Shown here one piece after another: positions 54,896 through 64,000 of a DNA stretch of 64,000 nucleotides. A program made the position numbers and the translations under genes. Location: positions 576,001-640,000 of the forward strand of contig CAVRVY010000001.1 in assembly GCA_963724765.1 (NCBI GenBank). The letters are read 5' to 3'. The notes under the pieces are model-generated. The model saw nothing but the letters and a program-made list of their open reading frames with translations, was not told the DNA's origin and searched no databases. Position 1 is the first letter of the stretch; the number at the start of each line of letters is the position of its first letter. The DNA is from an uncultured delta proteobacterium. Its GTDB lineage: Bacteria; Desulfobacterota; Binatia; Binatales; Binataceae.

Positions 54896-55396
54896 ATGGC
54901 GAAGATAGGAGGCACGCAAGGCCAGCCCGCGGACTTGGCGGCAATAGATGAGCTGTACGAGAGGTGGCGCTCGGCGTGGTTGAAACTGGATCCGAAACTG
55001 ATGTTGTCGTGTTTCGATGGCGAGTTCGATGGTTTAATTTACCAGTCTGAAGAGAACCCTGAAGCGCTGTTCGCCTATGCGGATCTAGTGAAATACTGGA
55101 ATAACGCGCCGAGCATTCTAACCGGGGTTTCCGAATGGACGGATTTGAATAAAAAGGTCGTTTTCCTCGGAGAGGACTCGGTCGTCATCTGGACGCTGCT
55201 GCAGACTAACCTAAATCTGAAAACCTCTCCGCCCCAGGACCTTGGCGGTAAGCTGCGTTGCGTGCTAGGGCTACGCAAAGCCAAGGGGAAGTGGCTAATA
55301 GTGCATTATAACGAGTCCCGTCAGTTTTTGATTAGTCCGGTCCCGGATAAGCTGTGGAGCTTTGGGGTCGACTACACTACAAATGTGCGGCACTAA
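54896..55396 (+). CDS. NTF2/SnoaL-like protein
   Basis: AAIDELYERWRSAW..LD…LRK.KGKWLIVHYNES. Confidence 0.8.
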   Translation: MAKIGGTQGQPADLAAIDELYERWRSAWLKLDPKLMLSCFDGEFDGLIYQSEENPEALFAYADLVKYWNNAPSILTGVSEWTDLNKKVVFLGEDSVVIWTLLQTNLNLKTSPPQDLGGKLRCVLGLRKAKGKWLIVHYNESRQFLISPVPDKLWSFGVDYTTNVRH

Positions 55397-55443
55397 GACC
55401 TCGCTGAGTAGCATAAGCTCGGGATCGCAAAGGAGTTCACCCC

Positions 55444-56745
55444 ATGGAGCTCTGTCTTAAGAGACTGCTTGTTGCTTTGCCGGTTGCAGCATGTGTCGCC
55501 CTATTAGCATCTGCTCTCTTCGCTGTGACCCCTGTCGACCACAACCCCGCTGCGCTTTGGCCGGACAATGTCGCTTCCCTTTCGAACGAAGATTTAGCGG
55601 CACTCGTTCGTAAGCTGCAACCTCTGGTGCCTACAGTCATCGCGGGTAAGCCGTACAGTATTACGGCTGGAGAAACACCAGGGACCTATACGGTAAAATG
55701 GGGTAACGAATCGATGTTATGGAAGCCGGAGCCCTGGATGGAGCCAGCCTATGCCAAGCTAGGTCCCTATTACTACCTACAATGGCTAAGGAAGGGACTA
55801 CCTTATCGCTGGGAGCTACCGTTGGACCAGAGAACCAAGCTCACAGGGCCGGATTACATGTCTCGCTGCCTCGCATTTACCTACTACATGGCTGATGCTG
55901 ATAACGGCTGGGATCAGTGGGAACAAAAGATATATTTACCAGACGGGAAGCTTCGCACGGAATCCAAGTTTTTCGAGGCCTATGGGACACCTTTGTTCGG
56001 CCGTGGACTTCAGTACTATAGCGGGTCGGAGGCTAAAAAGGTTAATCGCCTTTACGCGTGGGAAGCGTTTGCTCCCGAGGAGTTACGTGGAGAAGGTGGT
56101 ATCACTACAGAATACAGGGATCCAAATGTAATTCCCGAGGACCTACTGTATTTGCCCACGGTCCGTAAGACAAGACGTTTGGCTGGGGCGGTGGCGCAGC
56201 AATACTTTCCGGGCACTATATTTCGCTACGAGGATGTCACGTTTAACACCGCATTGCCACAGCTGAATTATAAGGTTGTAGGGTATAAACTATTTGACGC
56301 ATCGCAGGCGAAGCTTCATGGCTATAGAGCTGACGCCTACCCGGAAGCTAAAAGAATTGGCGATGATGGAGATGTTGCGGTCTTAGTAGAGATAACGCCT
56401 AAACCAGGAGTGAGCTGGTGGTATGCGAGACGAGTAGTCAGCTGCGGGTTGATGGAATTAGCCCTATCTCAAGATCAAGTATTTGATGCCGGCGGTCGAT
56501 TGATTCGACAAAGCGCGCAGCAAGTCATGACGGGTAGTGTGCTCCATATGGGGAGTCCGGATGGCCCACCCGCGCCGGATTGGTGGACGACATGGGGTGC
56601 GGAGAGCGTAGAGGAGTTCAGCACGGGTTTCGAGCAGGATGCGTGGGTACAAACGGGTGGGTATAACGCTCCAGCTCCTGCGTCGTGGTTCACTGTGGAC
56701 ACTTTAGCACGGCAGCCGATGACGCTTAGCCAATGGATACGATGA
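55444..56745 (+). CDS. DUF1329-like periplasmic (LolA-like fold) protein
   Basis: Signal peptide; APEELRG…D.LYLPTVRKTRRLA…ED. Confidence 0.7.
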   Translation: MELCLKRLLVALPVAACVALLASALFAVTPVDHNPAALWPDNVASLSNEDLAALVRKLQPLVPTVIAGKPYSITAGETPGTYTVKWGNESMLWKPEPWMEPAYAKLGPYYYLQWLRKGLPYRWELPLDQRTKLTGPDYMSRCLAFTYYMADADNGWDQWEQKIYLPDGKLRTESKFFEAYGTPLFGRGLQYYSGSEAKKVNRLYAWEAFAPEELRGEGGITTEYRDPNVIPEDLLYLPTVRKTRRLAGAVAQQYFPGTIFRYEDVTFNTALPQLNYKVVGYKLFDASQAKLHGYRADAYPEAKRIGDDGDVAVLVEITPKPGVSWWYARRVVSCGLMELALSQDQVFDAGGRLIRQSAQQVMTGSVLHMGSPDGPPAPDWWTTWGAESVEEFSTGFEQDAWVQTGGYNAPAPASWFTVDTLARQPMTLSQWIR

Positions 56746-56830
56746 TTTCCAGGGGCGGCGACCTCTCAGGATTACCCGGAGGGATTCGGGAGATGGCGCT
56801 GTTTGATGGCGCAGCGCCAGCGAGAAAAAC

Positions 56831-59329
56831 GTGGCTGAGGTGAAGGCATGGACGGACGAATATCGAGGCGTTGACTTCAGCCTCGCTCGGCTGGCGCGTT
56901 TTTTCATTCGACAGCGCAAGCTGGGGATCGCGCTGCAAATAGTTATTGCGGCGCTTTGCATCTGGTCGTTGACCACCATGCGTCTACGTGACGACCCTAA
57001 TGAGTGGGCGCCGCCGAGCGACCCGCTGGTTAAACTTAATCATAAAATAATGGGAATGTTTGGCGGGGGCAACTCCGTCAGCATCGAAATAGCGGTGAGC
57101 CAGGGCACCATCTACACCGTCGATAATCTGAACACCATCAAGGAGATTACAGACGCACTCTACCTGGTACCCGGTTGCATACCTTTCGCCGTTAGGTCGC
57201 TGTCGACATTAAGCAGTGAACATTATGAAATTACCAACCTTGGCGCGCCTGATGAGACCTTCCTGATCACTCCTGTAATGCCACAGTTTGTGCGCTCGAG
57301 CGCAGAAGTCGAACAGATAGAAGCAGCGACTCTGACGAGCCCTTTGTTGAATGGAGTTTTCGTTTCGAAAGATGGGAAAGCGGCTTTAATCCGGGCGGAC
57401 TTTCGTTCCGAGGTTCCACCTGGCGCCCGTGTGCAAATGGAAACCACCGAGCCAGTGGCCATTTACCGTGCGGTAACCTCAATCCTTCGCCGTTATCAGC
57501 GCCCCGGTGTTAGTCTGCGTGCAGCGGGAACCCCCATCATCATAGGTTGGGTTAACAGCGTAGGTCTATGGTACATTGCTGGTGCGTTCACGTTCTTCTT
57601 AGCAGTTATCGCGTGCATACTATGGTACGCGTTTCGTAGTTACAGCGCCGTCCTGCTGCCATTGCGAGTCGCCCTGCTCGGCGTACTTATGGGGTTCGGG
57701 CTTTATCGCCTCTTCTTCGGGAAAGTTATCTATTCGGCGGCCGCACTGCTCGCACCTTTCATAATAGTTGCTGCGGGCGCCTGCCATTCGGTGCAATTTC
57801 TGACGCGCTTTTTCTACGAGGAATATCCTGCTCGTCGAAACGTGGAGGAGGCAATTGTCAGTACCTTCGTTTCTCGACTGCGACCCATGTTAGTGTCTTT
57901 ACTATGTGATGTCATTCCGTTCGCTGTTATGGCGACTATTCCATTCGAAAATGTCCGAGCCCTCGGAATCGTAGCCGCTTTGGGTTTATCTTCTTTGACG
58001 ATCGATGAATTCGCCATGATGATCCCCGCGCTTAGTTCTGTAACCTTGCATGAACTCGAACGGGTGGGAAGGCGGACCGTCGCGCGGCACACTCGGCGAT
58101 TCGACAAAGTATTAGCGGCTACCTTGCGACAAGTCCTCAGTAGCAGAAACCTAATGCTTTCAATCATCGGTATCGGTGCGCTTGTGACGGTAGGGGGCGC
58201 TTGGATTGTTGGAAGAGCGACGATTGGCCAGGACAATACGTATGCTATTCATAACTATCTGACAAGATCATGGAAGTACAGTGACATCTATTTGATGGAA
58301 CGCGAAATCAGCAATCGCTTCCATGGTGTATACCCGATGATGATATTGGTTGAGCCGGACACAGCGGGAGTCAAGGCCCTGGAACAACCTCAGGTAGTTC
58401 GTGGAATAGATAGGCTGGCGACGTTTATAGCGCAGCAACCTCATGTCGGCAATGTGGTGAATCTTGCTTACCTGGTAAAACTCAATAATGCCTTTATTCA
58501 CGATGACGAGGAAACATATCTCCGCGTGCCAGGCTCGGCGTATTCCTTGGGACAGATATTGCTTGGGATCGCCGACCGCTCCCCAGGAGTATACTCATGG
58601 TTATTCACGAATGATCTAAGCTCGTGCGTGATCATCGCCTATTTGGACAGCACGAGCCCGCAGGTGGTCGAGCATGTTATGCGAATCAGTCAAAGCCGGG
58701 CAGGGAGCCTTTTTAAGGGTTTTCCAGTGAAGGTACAAGTCGCGGGAGGCTCGATTGGCATCGCCTCCGCGTTTAATCACAACGTAAGGTATTGGTTACT
58801 AGCGGGAAGCCTCTTGGGGCTCGGTGGGACATTTTTGCTTTCGGTTGTGTGCATTCGATCCGTTTCTCTTTGTTTCATTTTGTTAATTCCGCTCGTTATG
58901 AGCATGGTACTGGCACTGGCAATCATGTCACTTGCCGGGGTTGAGCTCAATTCGAACGCCATCTCGGCTTTGGCGATCGCAAGTGGGGTCGGGATAGATT
59001 CCGAGGTGTATCTTCTGTACCGCGTTCGAGAGGAGTTCAGGCGGCTGCGAGACTTTAGAGAGGCGCTGGTGCAGGGATACGTCAAAATTCGGCGCGCCCT
59101 CCTTGTATCGAATGGCGCACTCATTTTCGGTTGTTGGGCTTTGATTCCGGTTCCTCTATATATAGGCTATGTCGGTTTTGGAATGGGGCTGGTGTTATTG
59201 TCGTGCTTCATTATGAGTGCGATCCTTTCGCCGATTTTGTGGAACTGGTTCGGAGAGCGAGCAGTTATCGGGAGCGATATAGGCACGGAGTCGACGACGA
59301 GGGTAGGATGGAGAGGCGTAGCCGGATGA
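56831..59329 (+). CDS. MMPL/RND family transporter
   Basis: Twofold 1+5 TM architecture, FGGGN, HSVQF..RF.EE, GVGIDS..Y…R.REE. Confidence 0.9.
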   Translation: MAEVKAWTDEYRGVDFSLARLARFFIRQRKLGIALQIVIAALCIWSLTTMRLRDDPNEWAPPSDPLVKLNHKIMGMFGGGNSVSIEIAVSQGTIYTVDNLNTIKEITDALYLVPGCIPFAVRSLSTLSSEHYEITNLGAPDETFLITPVMPQFVRSSAEVEQIEAATLTSPLLNGVFVSKDGKAALIRADFRSEVPPGARVQMETTEPVAIYRAVTSILRRYQRPGVSLRAAGTPIIIGWVNSVGLWYIAGAFTFFLAVIACILWYAFRSYSAVLLPLRVALLGVLMGFGLYRLFFGKVIYSAAALLAPFIIVAAGACHSVQFLTRFFYEEYPARRNVEEAIVSTFVSRLRPMLVSLLCDVIPFAVMATIPFENVRALGIVAALGLSSLTIDEFAMMIPALSSVTLHELERVGRRTVARHTRRFDKVLAATLRQVLSSRNLMLSIIGIGALVTVGGAWIVGRATIGQDNTYAIHNYLTRSWKYSDIYLMEREISNRFHGVYPMMILVEPDTAGVKALEQPQVVRGIDRLATFIAQQPHVGNVVNLAYLVKLNNAFIHDDEETYLRVPGSAYSLGQILLGIADRSPGVYSWLFTNDLSSCVIIAYLDSTSPQVVEHVMRISQSRAGSLFKGFPVKVQVAGGSIGIASAFNHNVRYWLLAGSLLGLGGTFLLSVVCIRSVSLCFILLIPLVMSMVLALAIMSLAGVELNSNAISALAIASGVGIDSEVYLLYRVREEFRRLRDFREALVQGYVKIRRALLVSNGALIFGCWALIPVPLYIGYVGFGMGLVLLSCFIMSAILSPILWNWFGERAVIGSDIGTESTTRVGWRGVAG

Positions 59330-59536
59330 GAATCAGACTTGGGAAGTGCGGATTGTCATTCGAGAGAGTTTGTCAAAGATTCGATGCGACGTTGCCCGTG
59401 CGGTTGCAAGGTCGAGCAGCGTGGTGGGTAAGGTCAGTTAAGCGCGGTCGAAATGTGCGGTCGCGTTAAAGGCTGAATGCGTAAGTGTAATGGCTCGGTA
59501 TGGAGAATATGCGGAGGACGAACAGTATAGATAGTC

Positions 59537-59854
59537 ATGCCAGTGCCGCCCTTCGATACGTCTGTGGCTGACGAGTTTCGTGCTAACCCATTCGGTAAGC
59601 ACAGCCCTGCGCTGCAACGCGTTCTCAACATTATGCGTGGCGCGTCGGTTTCCGACAAGTACGTATTGATCTGTGTAAAACCCTATCAAGAATGGGTTCT
59701 TGGTCAGCTTGCCGGACAGCCGGGAGTGCCAGTTCGAGTGTTTTGGGAGCATCGATTCAATTCTATCGAAGGGGCTGAATGGTTTGTATTCAAGCTACGT
59801 TGGAAGGCGTTGACTGGCGAAGCTCTCGAGGATTCAGGCAAGCGGGCAGTTTAG
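59537..59854 (+). CDS. dmfA1: N,N-dimethylformamidase small-subunit-like protein
   Basis: EF.ANPFGKHSPALQRVLN.MR…EAEW.VF.LRW-type motif, immediately upstream of the large subunit. Confidence 0.75.
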   Translation: MPVPPFDTSVADEFRANPFGKHSPALQRVLNIMRGASVSDKYVLICVKPYQEWVLGQLAGQPGVPVRVFWEHRFNSIEGAEWFVFKLRWKALTGEALEDSGKRAV

Positions 59855-59875
59855 CCGTTGGTGGGTTGACTACGT

Positions 59876-62155
59876 ATGGAGAATGTAACCAAGACGGTCT
59901 TCGGTTATGCTGATCGCTGGAGCGTGCGACCCGGCGATCAACTTTCCGTGAAGGTCAGTTGCGCGACTGGGAAGACGTATCAGGCACGGCTCGTCCGCGT
60001 TGTCCATGGAGATGCAAATCCCGCGGGACCGGGCGTCAGGTTAGAAGCCATACCCTCGGGAATCGACGGGCATTATCCTGCGCGCCAGCAGTATCTACGT
60101 GCTGGCTCCTATGCTGTGATCCCACCGACGATGCAGCTGAATCTGCGGACTGGCTTCACTGTTCAGGCATACGTCTGGCCGACGATGCCGGCACGTAATG
60201 ATCAGACGCTGCTTTCACTTTGGGATGATCGAAACCAGGCTGGACTTGTTTTCCAAATGGATCATACCGGCGCAGCTTCGCTCGTTCTGGGGAATGGCCT
60301 CGGTGGGAAGGAGGTCTTTTCGACCGGCAAGCCGCTCCGCGGGAGAGAGTGGTACCTGATTTCAGCGAGTTACGACATCAAGGCGCACGTGATCTCAGTT
60401 TGCCAACGACCACTTAGCGTCTGTAATTTCTCTGAGGACGGAGCGTACGTAACGCGAGCGTGTACCGCCGGGAGCTTCGCCTGCCCAGGCGGCACCCCGC
60501 TGTTATTAGCCGCTCGTCTGTCGGTCGACGGCGCGTCCAACAAAGCTGACAGCTGCTTCAATGGCAAAATCGACCGACCTCGTTTGGCGAGGCGGGCGCT
60601 CAGTGAAAGTGAAATAGTGCGATTGGCAGCATATCGGATACCGGCAGATCTTCAGACCGATGTCGTTGCAGCATGGGATTTCAGTCAGGATATCTCCACG
60701 ACCACGATCCGTGACCTCTCCTCTAACCGGTTGAATGGAGAACTGATCAACCTGCCGGCGCGCGCAATGAAGGGCGCTAATTGGGATGGGCGCGAAATGT
60801 GCTGGCGCCACGCGCCGGACGAGTACGGGGCGATCCATTTTCACGAAGATGACCTTTACGACGCGGGCTGGCAGACCGATTTCATTCTTTCTGTTCCAGA
60901 TGACCTGAGGGGCGGAATCTACGCAATCAATCTTATCGGAGACGATGATGAGGACTTTGTACCGTTCGTAGTGCGGCCTAAGCAAAGCAAAGAGCGCAGC
61001 AAACTAGCTTTCCTAGTCCCCACCGCGAGTTACATGGCCTATTCGAACAATCACCTTGCGCTCGACCTACCTCTTTTCGAGGCGGCCTGCGATCATGTTT
61101 CTATTCTTTATCCTGGTGACGTTTTCCTTCAGAAACATCGCGAGTTCGGTCTTTCCGCATATGACACACACGTCGACGGTAGCGGGGTCTGTTATTCTTC
61201 ATACCTGCGTCCGGTACTGAACATGCGCCCGAAGTATGCGAGCCCGTTGGGTGGTCACGGCTCTTCGCTCTGGCAGTTTAATGCGGATACACACATCATC
61301 GATTGGCTAGAAGCAAACGACTATGCGTATGAATGCTTGACCGATGAGGATCTCCATTTCGAAGGCTCGCGAGCTCTAGACCCCTACTTGGTCGTTATGA
61401 CAGGAACCCATCCAGAGTATTGGTCACAGGAGATGTGGGACGCACTCGAACATTTCAAGCGTAGGGGCGGGCGCCTTATTTATATGGGCGGTAACGGTTG
61501 GTACTGGCGTATAGCTTTTCATCCGACGTTGCCAGGCGTGATCGAGGTGCGACGCGGCGAAGGGGGCACGCGAACGTGGGCCGCAGAGCCGGGAGAGTAC
61601 TATCACAGTTTTACCGGAGAGTATGGTGGCCTGTGGCGGCGAGTGGACAAACCGCCGAATATAATGTGTGGCGTCGGCTTCACAGCGCAAGGTTTCGACG
61701 TGTCGTCATATTACGTCCGTAAAAACGGTAGTTTCGATGCGCGTGCTGGCTTTATCTTCCAGAATGTCCGAGACGATGAAACGATAGGAAACTTTGGTCT
61801 TATCGGCGGTGGTGCCGCCGGGCTGGAATTGGACCGTGCGGATGCCCTACTCGGCACCCCGCCTCACGCGCTGGTTCTTGCCTCCTCTGTGGGGCACTCG
61901 AATGCGTACCAATTTGTGGTCGAGGAGCTGCTGGCGACCGGGCCTGGGACTGGTGGCACAGAGAACGCAATGGTGCGAGCCGACCTGGTGTTCTTCGAGA
62001 CGTCGGCTGGCGGAGCCGTGTTTTCAACCGGCTCCATCGCATGGGCGGGAAGCCTTTCGCACAACAATTACGACAACAACGTATCCAAGATCACCACCAA
62101 CGTACTGGATCGCTTTCTGGATCCTACTCCGTTCGAGGTAAACAGAAACACATAG
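59876..62155 (+). CDS. dmfA2: N,N-dimethylformamidase large-subunit-like amidohydrolase
   Basis: GYADRWSV.PG…GD.NPAGPG, LamG insert, YGAIHFH.DD, PTASYMAY.N, GLS.YD.H.DG, TGTHPEY, GGNGWYW, AAGLELD. Confidence 0.9.
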   Translation: MENVTKTVFGYADRWSVRPGDQLSVKVSCATGKTYQARLVRVVHGDANPAGPGVRLEAIPSGIDGHYPARQQYLRAGSYAVIPPTMQLNLRTGFTVQAYVWPTMPARNDQTLLSLWDDRNQAGLVFQMDHTGAASLVLGNGLGGKEVFSTGKPLRGREWYLISASYDIKAHVISVCQRPLSVCNFSEDGAYVTRACTAGSFACPGGTPLLLAARLSVDGASNKADSCFNGKIDRPRLARRALSESEIVRLAAYRIPADLQTDVVAAWDFSQDISTTTIRDLSSNRLNGELINLPARAMKGANWDGREMCWRHAPDEYGAIHFHEDDLYDAGWQTDFILSVPDDLRGGIYAINLIGDDDEDFVPFVVRPKQSKERSKLAFLVPTASYMAYSNNHLALDLPLFEAACDHVSILYPGDVFLQKHREFGLSAYDTHVDGSGVCYSSYLRPVLNMRPKYASPLGGHGSSLWQFNADTHIIDWLEANDYAYECLTDEDLHFEGSRALDPYLVVMTGTHPEYWSQEMWDALEHFKRRGGRLIYMGGNGWYWRIAFHPTLPGVIEVRRGEGGTRTWAAEPGEYYHSFTGEYGGLWRRVDKPPNIMCGVGFTAQGFDVSSYYVRKNGSFDARAGFIFQNVRDDETIGNFGLIGGGAAGLELDRADALLGTPPHALVLASSVGHSNAYQFVVEELLATGPGTGGTENAMVRADLVFFETSAGGAVFSTGSIAWAGSLSHNNYDNNVSKITTNVLDRFLDPTPFEVNRNT

Positions 62156-62339
62156 GTGTTCAAGCTCTATGGCGATAGATTGTAAACGCAACTTGGCATA
62201 CGAATAAGCCTGGTTTAGTATTAACTCTCAGCTGGTATGAGTGACGCGGGAAAAGTACTAAAATCCGAGCACGTGCAGCATCGACTCCCTATAAGGTCCA
62301 GGGATGGAGTGCTTTTTCCAATCAGGGAGCGGAACTTAG

Positions 62340-62458
62340 AAGGTTGCGGAAAAGGTGTTTTTGACGCCTGACAACATTGATAGAAGACGCACTCTGATGA
62401 TCGTAGTAATGCTCACTCTTCGCCGAAATCGTCTTTCGCTGGGTTTTTCCGCAACCTG
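62340..62458. mobile_element. 119-bp MITE with IS5-type ends
   Basis: AGGTTGCGGAAAA…TTTTTCCGCAACCTG with TTAG direct repeats on both sides. Confidence 0.8.
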
Positions 62459-62482
62459 TTAGAGAGGAGGGTCCTCAATTGT

Positions 62483-62887
62483 ATGACAAATAAAAGACGA
62501 ACCACAGAAGCTTGCACTGCAATCTTGGTAATTCTACTGGCAAATTGTGCAGTTCCTTCGGCGCAAGGTGAAGCAAAGCCAGAGCCAGTGGCGATCCTAA
62601 ATATGGGCGACATAAACATGTCTACTATGGCTCCGGCAAAGGTCACTATTCGAGTAGGCGATACCGTTGAATGGATAAACTCAGGCGCTAGGATTCATAT
62701 GGTTCGTAGCCTTCTTGGCAGTCCACAGTTTCGTAGCAAGTATCTGCGGCCAGGCGAGAAGTTCGAGTACAAGTTCACCCAGCCAGGTACGTACCGATAC
62801 AGTTGGATGGCGCACATGCAAGGGAAAAGCGCGGAAGGGTATATAGTTGTCCTGCCAGAACCCCCTCTGGCTGGCTCGCGGAACTGA
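62483..62887 (+). CDS. Secreted cupredoxin-fold protein lacking the type-1 Cys
   Basis: VTIRVGDTVEWIN…HMV…LRPGEKF…F..PGTYRYSWMAH; GAGGAGG RBS. Confidence 0.8.
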   Translation: MTNKRRTTEACTAILVILLANCAVPSAQGEAKPEPVAILNMGDINMSTMAPAKVTIRVGDTVEWINSGARIHMVRSLLGSPQFRSKYLRPGEKFEYKFTQPGTYRYSWMAHMQGKSAEGYIVVLPEPPLAGSRN

Positions 62888-63004
62888 GTGATTGACTACC
62901 CGCTCGCTTTGTCGTTACTGGCTCATGCAATTATCAAGGCGAATATATGAGCGCGCTGATCGGGACGAATGTACACGCTGGAGTGAAAGTGACGATTGAG
63001 GAAT

Positions 63005-63520
63005 TATCGATGACCACATCACCTACATTCCGACGTGGGCTGGCTTCCTGCATCTCGCGGTATGTTGGACGCCTTCGGCGGCCGAATCGTGGGCTGGGCG
63101 ATGGAAACTCATCTGCGCACCGAGTTGGTGCTCGAAGCACTGAACATGGCGCTGGCGCAGCGATGGCCCGCCGAGGTGATCCATCACTCCGACCAAGGCA
63201 CACAGTATACGCCGATTGCCTTCGGGATGCGCTGCCGGGAGGCCGCGTGCGGCCCTCAATGGGTTCAGTCGGTGACTGCTTCGACAATGGCATGTGCGAG
63301 AGCTTTTTCGCCACGCTCGAATGCGAGCTACTCGACCATTGCCTTTTCCACACCCAGGCCGAGGCCCGCATGGCGGTCTTCGAGTTCATCGAGGGCTGGT
63401 ACAACCCCCATCGCCATCACTCCGCCCTCGACTATCTGTCGCCAATTAACTACGAAAGGAGCCACTACTCAGGGGAGTCAACCGCAGGCCCTCCGCCGTT
63501 TACTCAATCGGGGTAAGTTT
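63005..63520 (+). mobile_element. IS3 family remnant (OrfB 3' part), frameshifted
   Basis: IVGWAM…IHHSDQGTQY…MGSVGDCFDN.MCESFFATLE…EFIEGWYN..R.HSAL.Y.SP. Confidence 0.88.
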
Positions 63521-63569
63521 AGCAGGACGGAAGCGGCGTTGATTTAGGGTACCAGCGAGAACTGCTGCG

Positions 63570-63882
63570 ACGTGGCATTAACGTGGAGTATGACCTCTTT
63601 GGATTCGAGCTGGCCTTCATCGCAAGTGGGATTGCAGCTCAGTGGCCCACCGATAACTCAACGTATCCAGGAGTTGAAGCGCTCGTCGATGATGGCTGGA
63701 TCTCACAGATACTCATCTCGCAGGATATTTGCGTGAAGTCGATGACCCGAAAGTACGGAGGCTGGGGATACGCTCATATTCTTGAGGCTTTGAGACCGCC
63801 GTTTGCACCTGCGGGTATCAGGCCAGACTATCTGAGGAAGATCATGGTGGAAAACCCGCGACGGTTGCTGCCTCTCGTGTAA
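63570..63882 (+). pseudogene. Phosphotriesterase-family protein C-terminal fragment
   Basis: VEYDLFG…QILISQDIC…YGGWGYAHIL…IMVENPRRLL. Confidence 0.75.
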
Positions 63883-64000
63883 GTACTCTGTCTCCGGGGC
63901 TATCCCGGATTGCAGGATGACCAATGGCAACCCGGAGCCGGTGCCGATCCGAGGAGAAAACACGTGGGGCCGAGTTTTAGAAACCGTCACTGGGAGCGAC

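Overview
A 64-kb accessory region from a GC-rich diderm bacterium, in two contrasting parts. Bases ~1-44.9 kb are a heavily decayed mobile-element hotspot. It holds remnants of large-serine-recombinase / ParB-methyltransferase islands, decayed defence genes (DUF3644 HEPN, Shedu), an apparently intact R-S-E ADP-ribosyltransferase, tRNA-3'-end attachment scars, and many IS elements (complete IS21, two IS630, IS481 and IS5; fragments of IS1380, rve-type and further IS21/IS5). It also contains at least five diverged copies of a ~190-bp structured non-coding element, four of which end in a tRNA-like T-loop/CCA sequence. Bases ~45-62.9 kb are an intact catabolic island. A pair of family III CoA transferases diverges from a GAF-sigma54 activator and a sigma54-promoter operon encoding an LLM flavin monooxygenase, a DUF6616-like protein, a DUF1302 outer-membrane barrel, an NTF2-like protein, a DUF1329-like protein, an MMPL/RND transporter, both subunits of an N,N-dimethylformamidase-like enzyme, and a Cys-less cupredoxin preceded by an IS5-derived MITE. 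All family calls come from motif recognition by eye; no searches were run.
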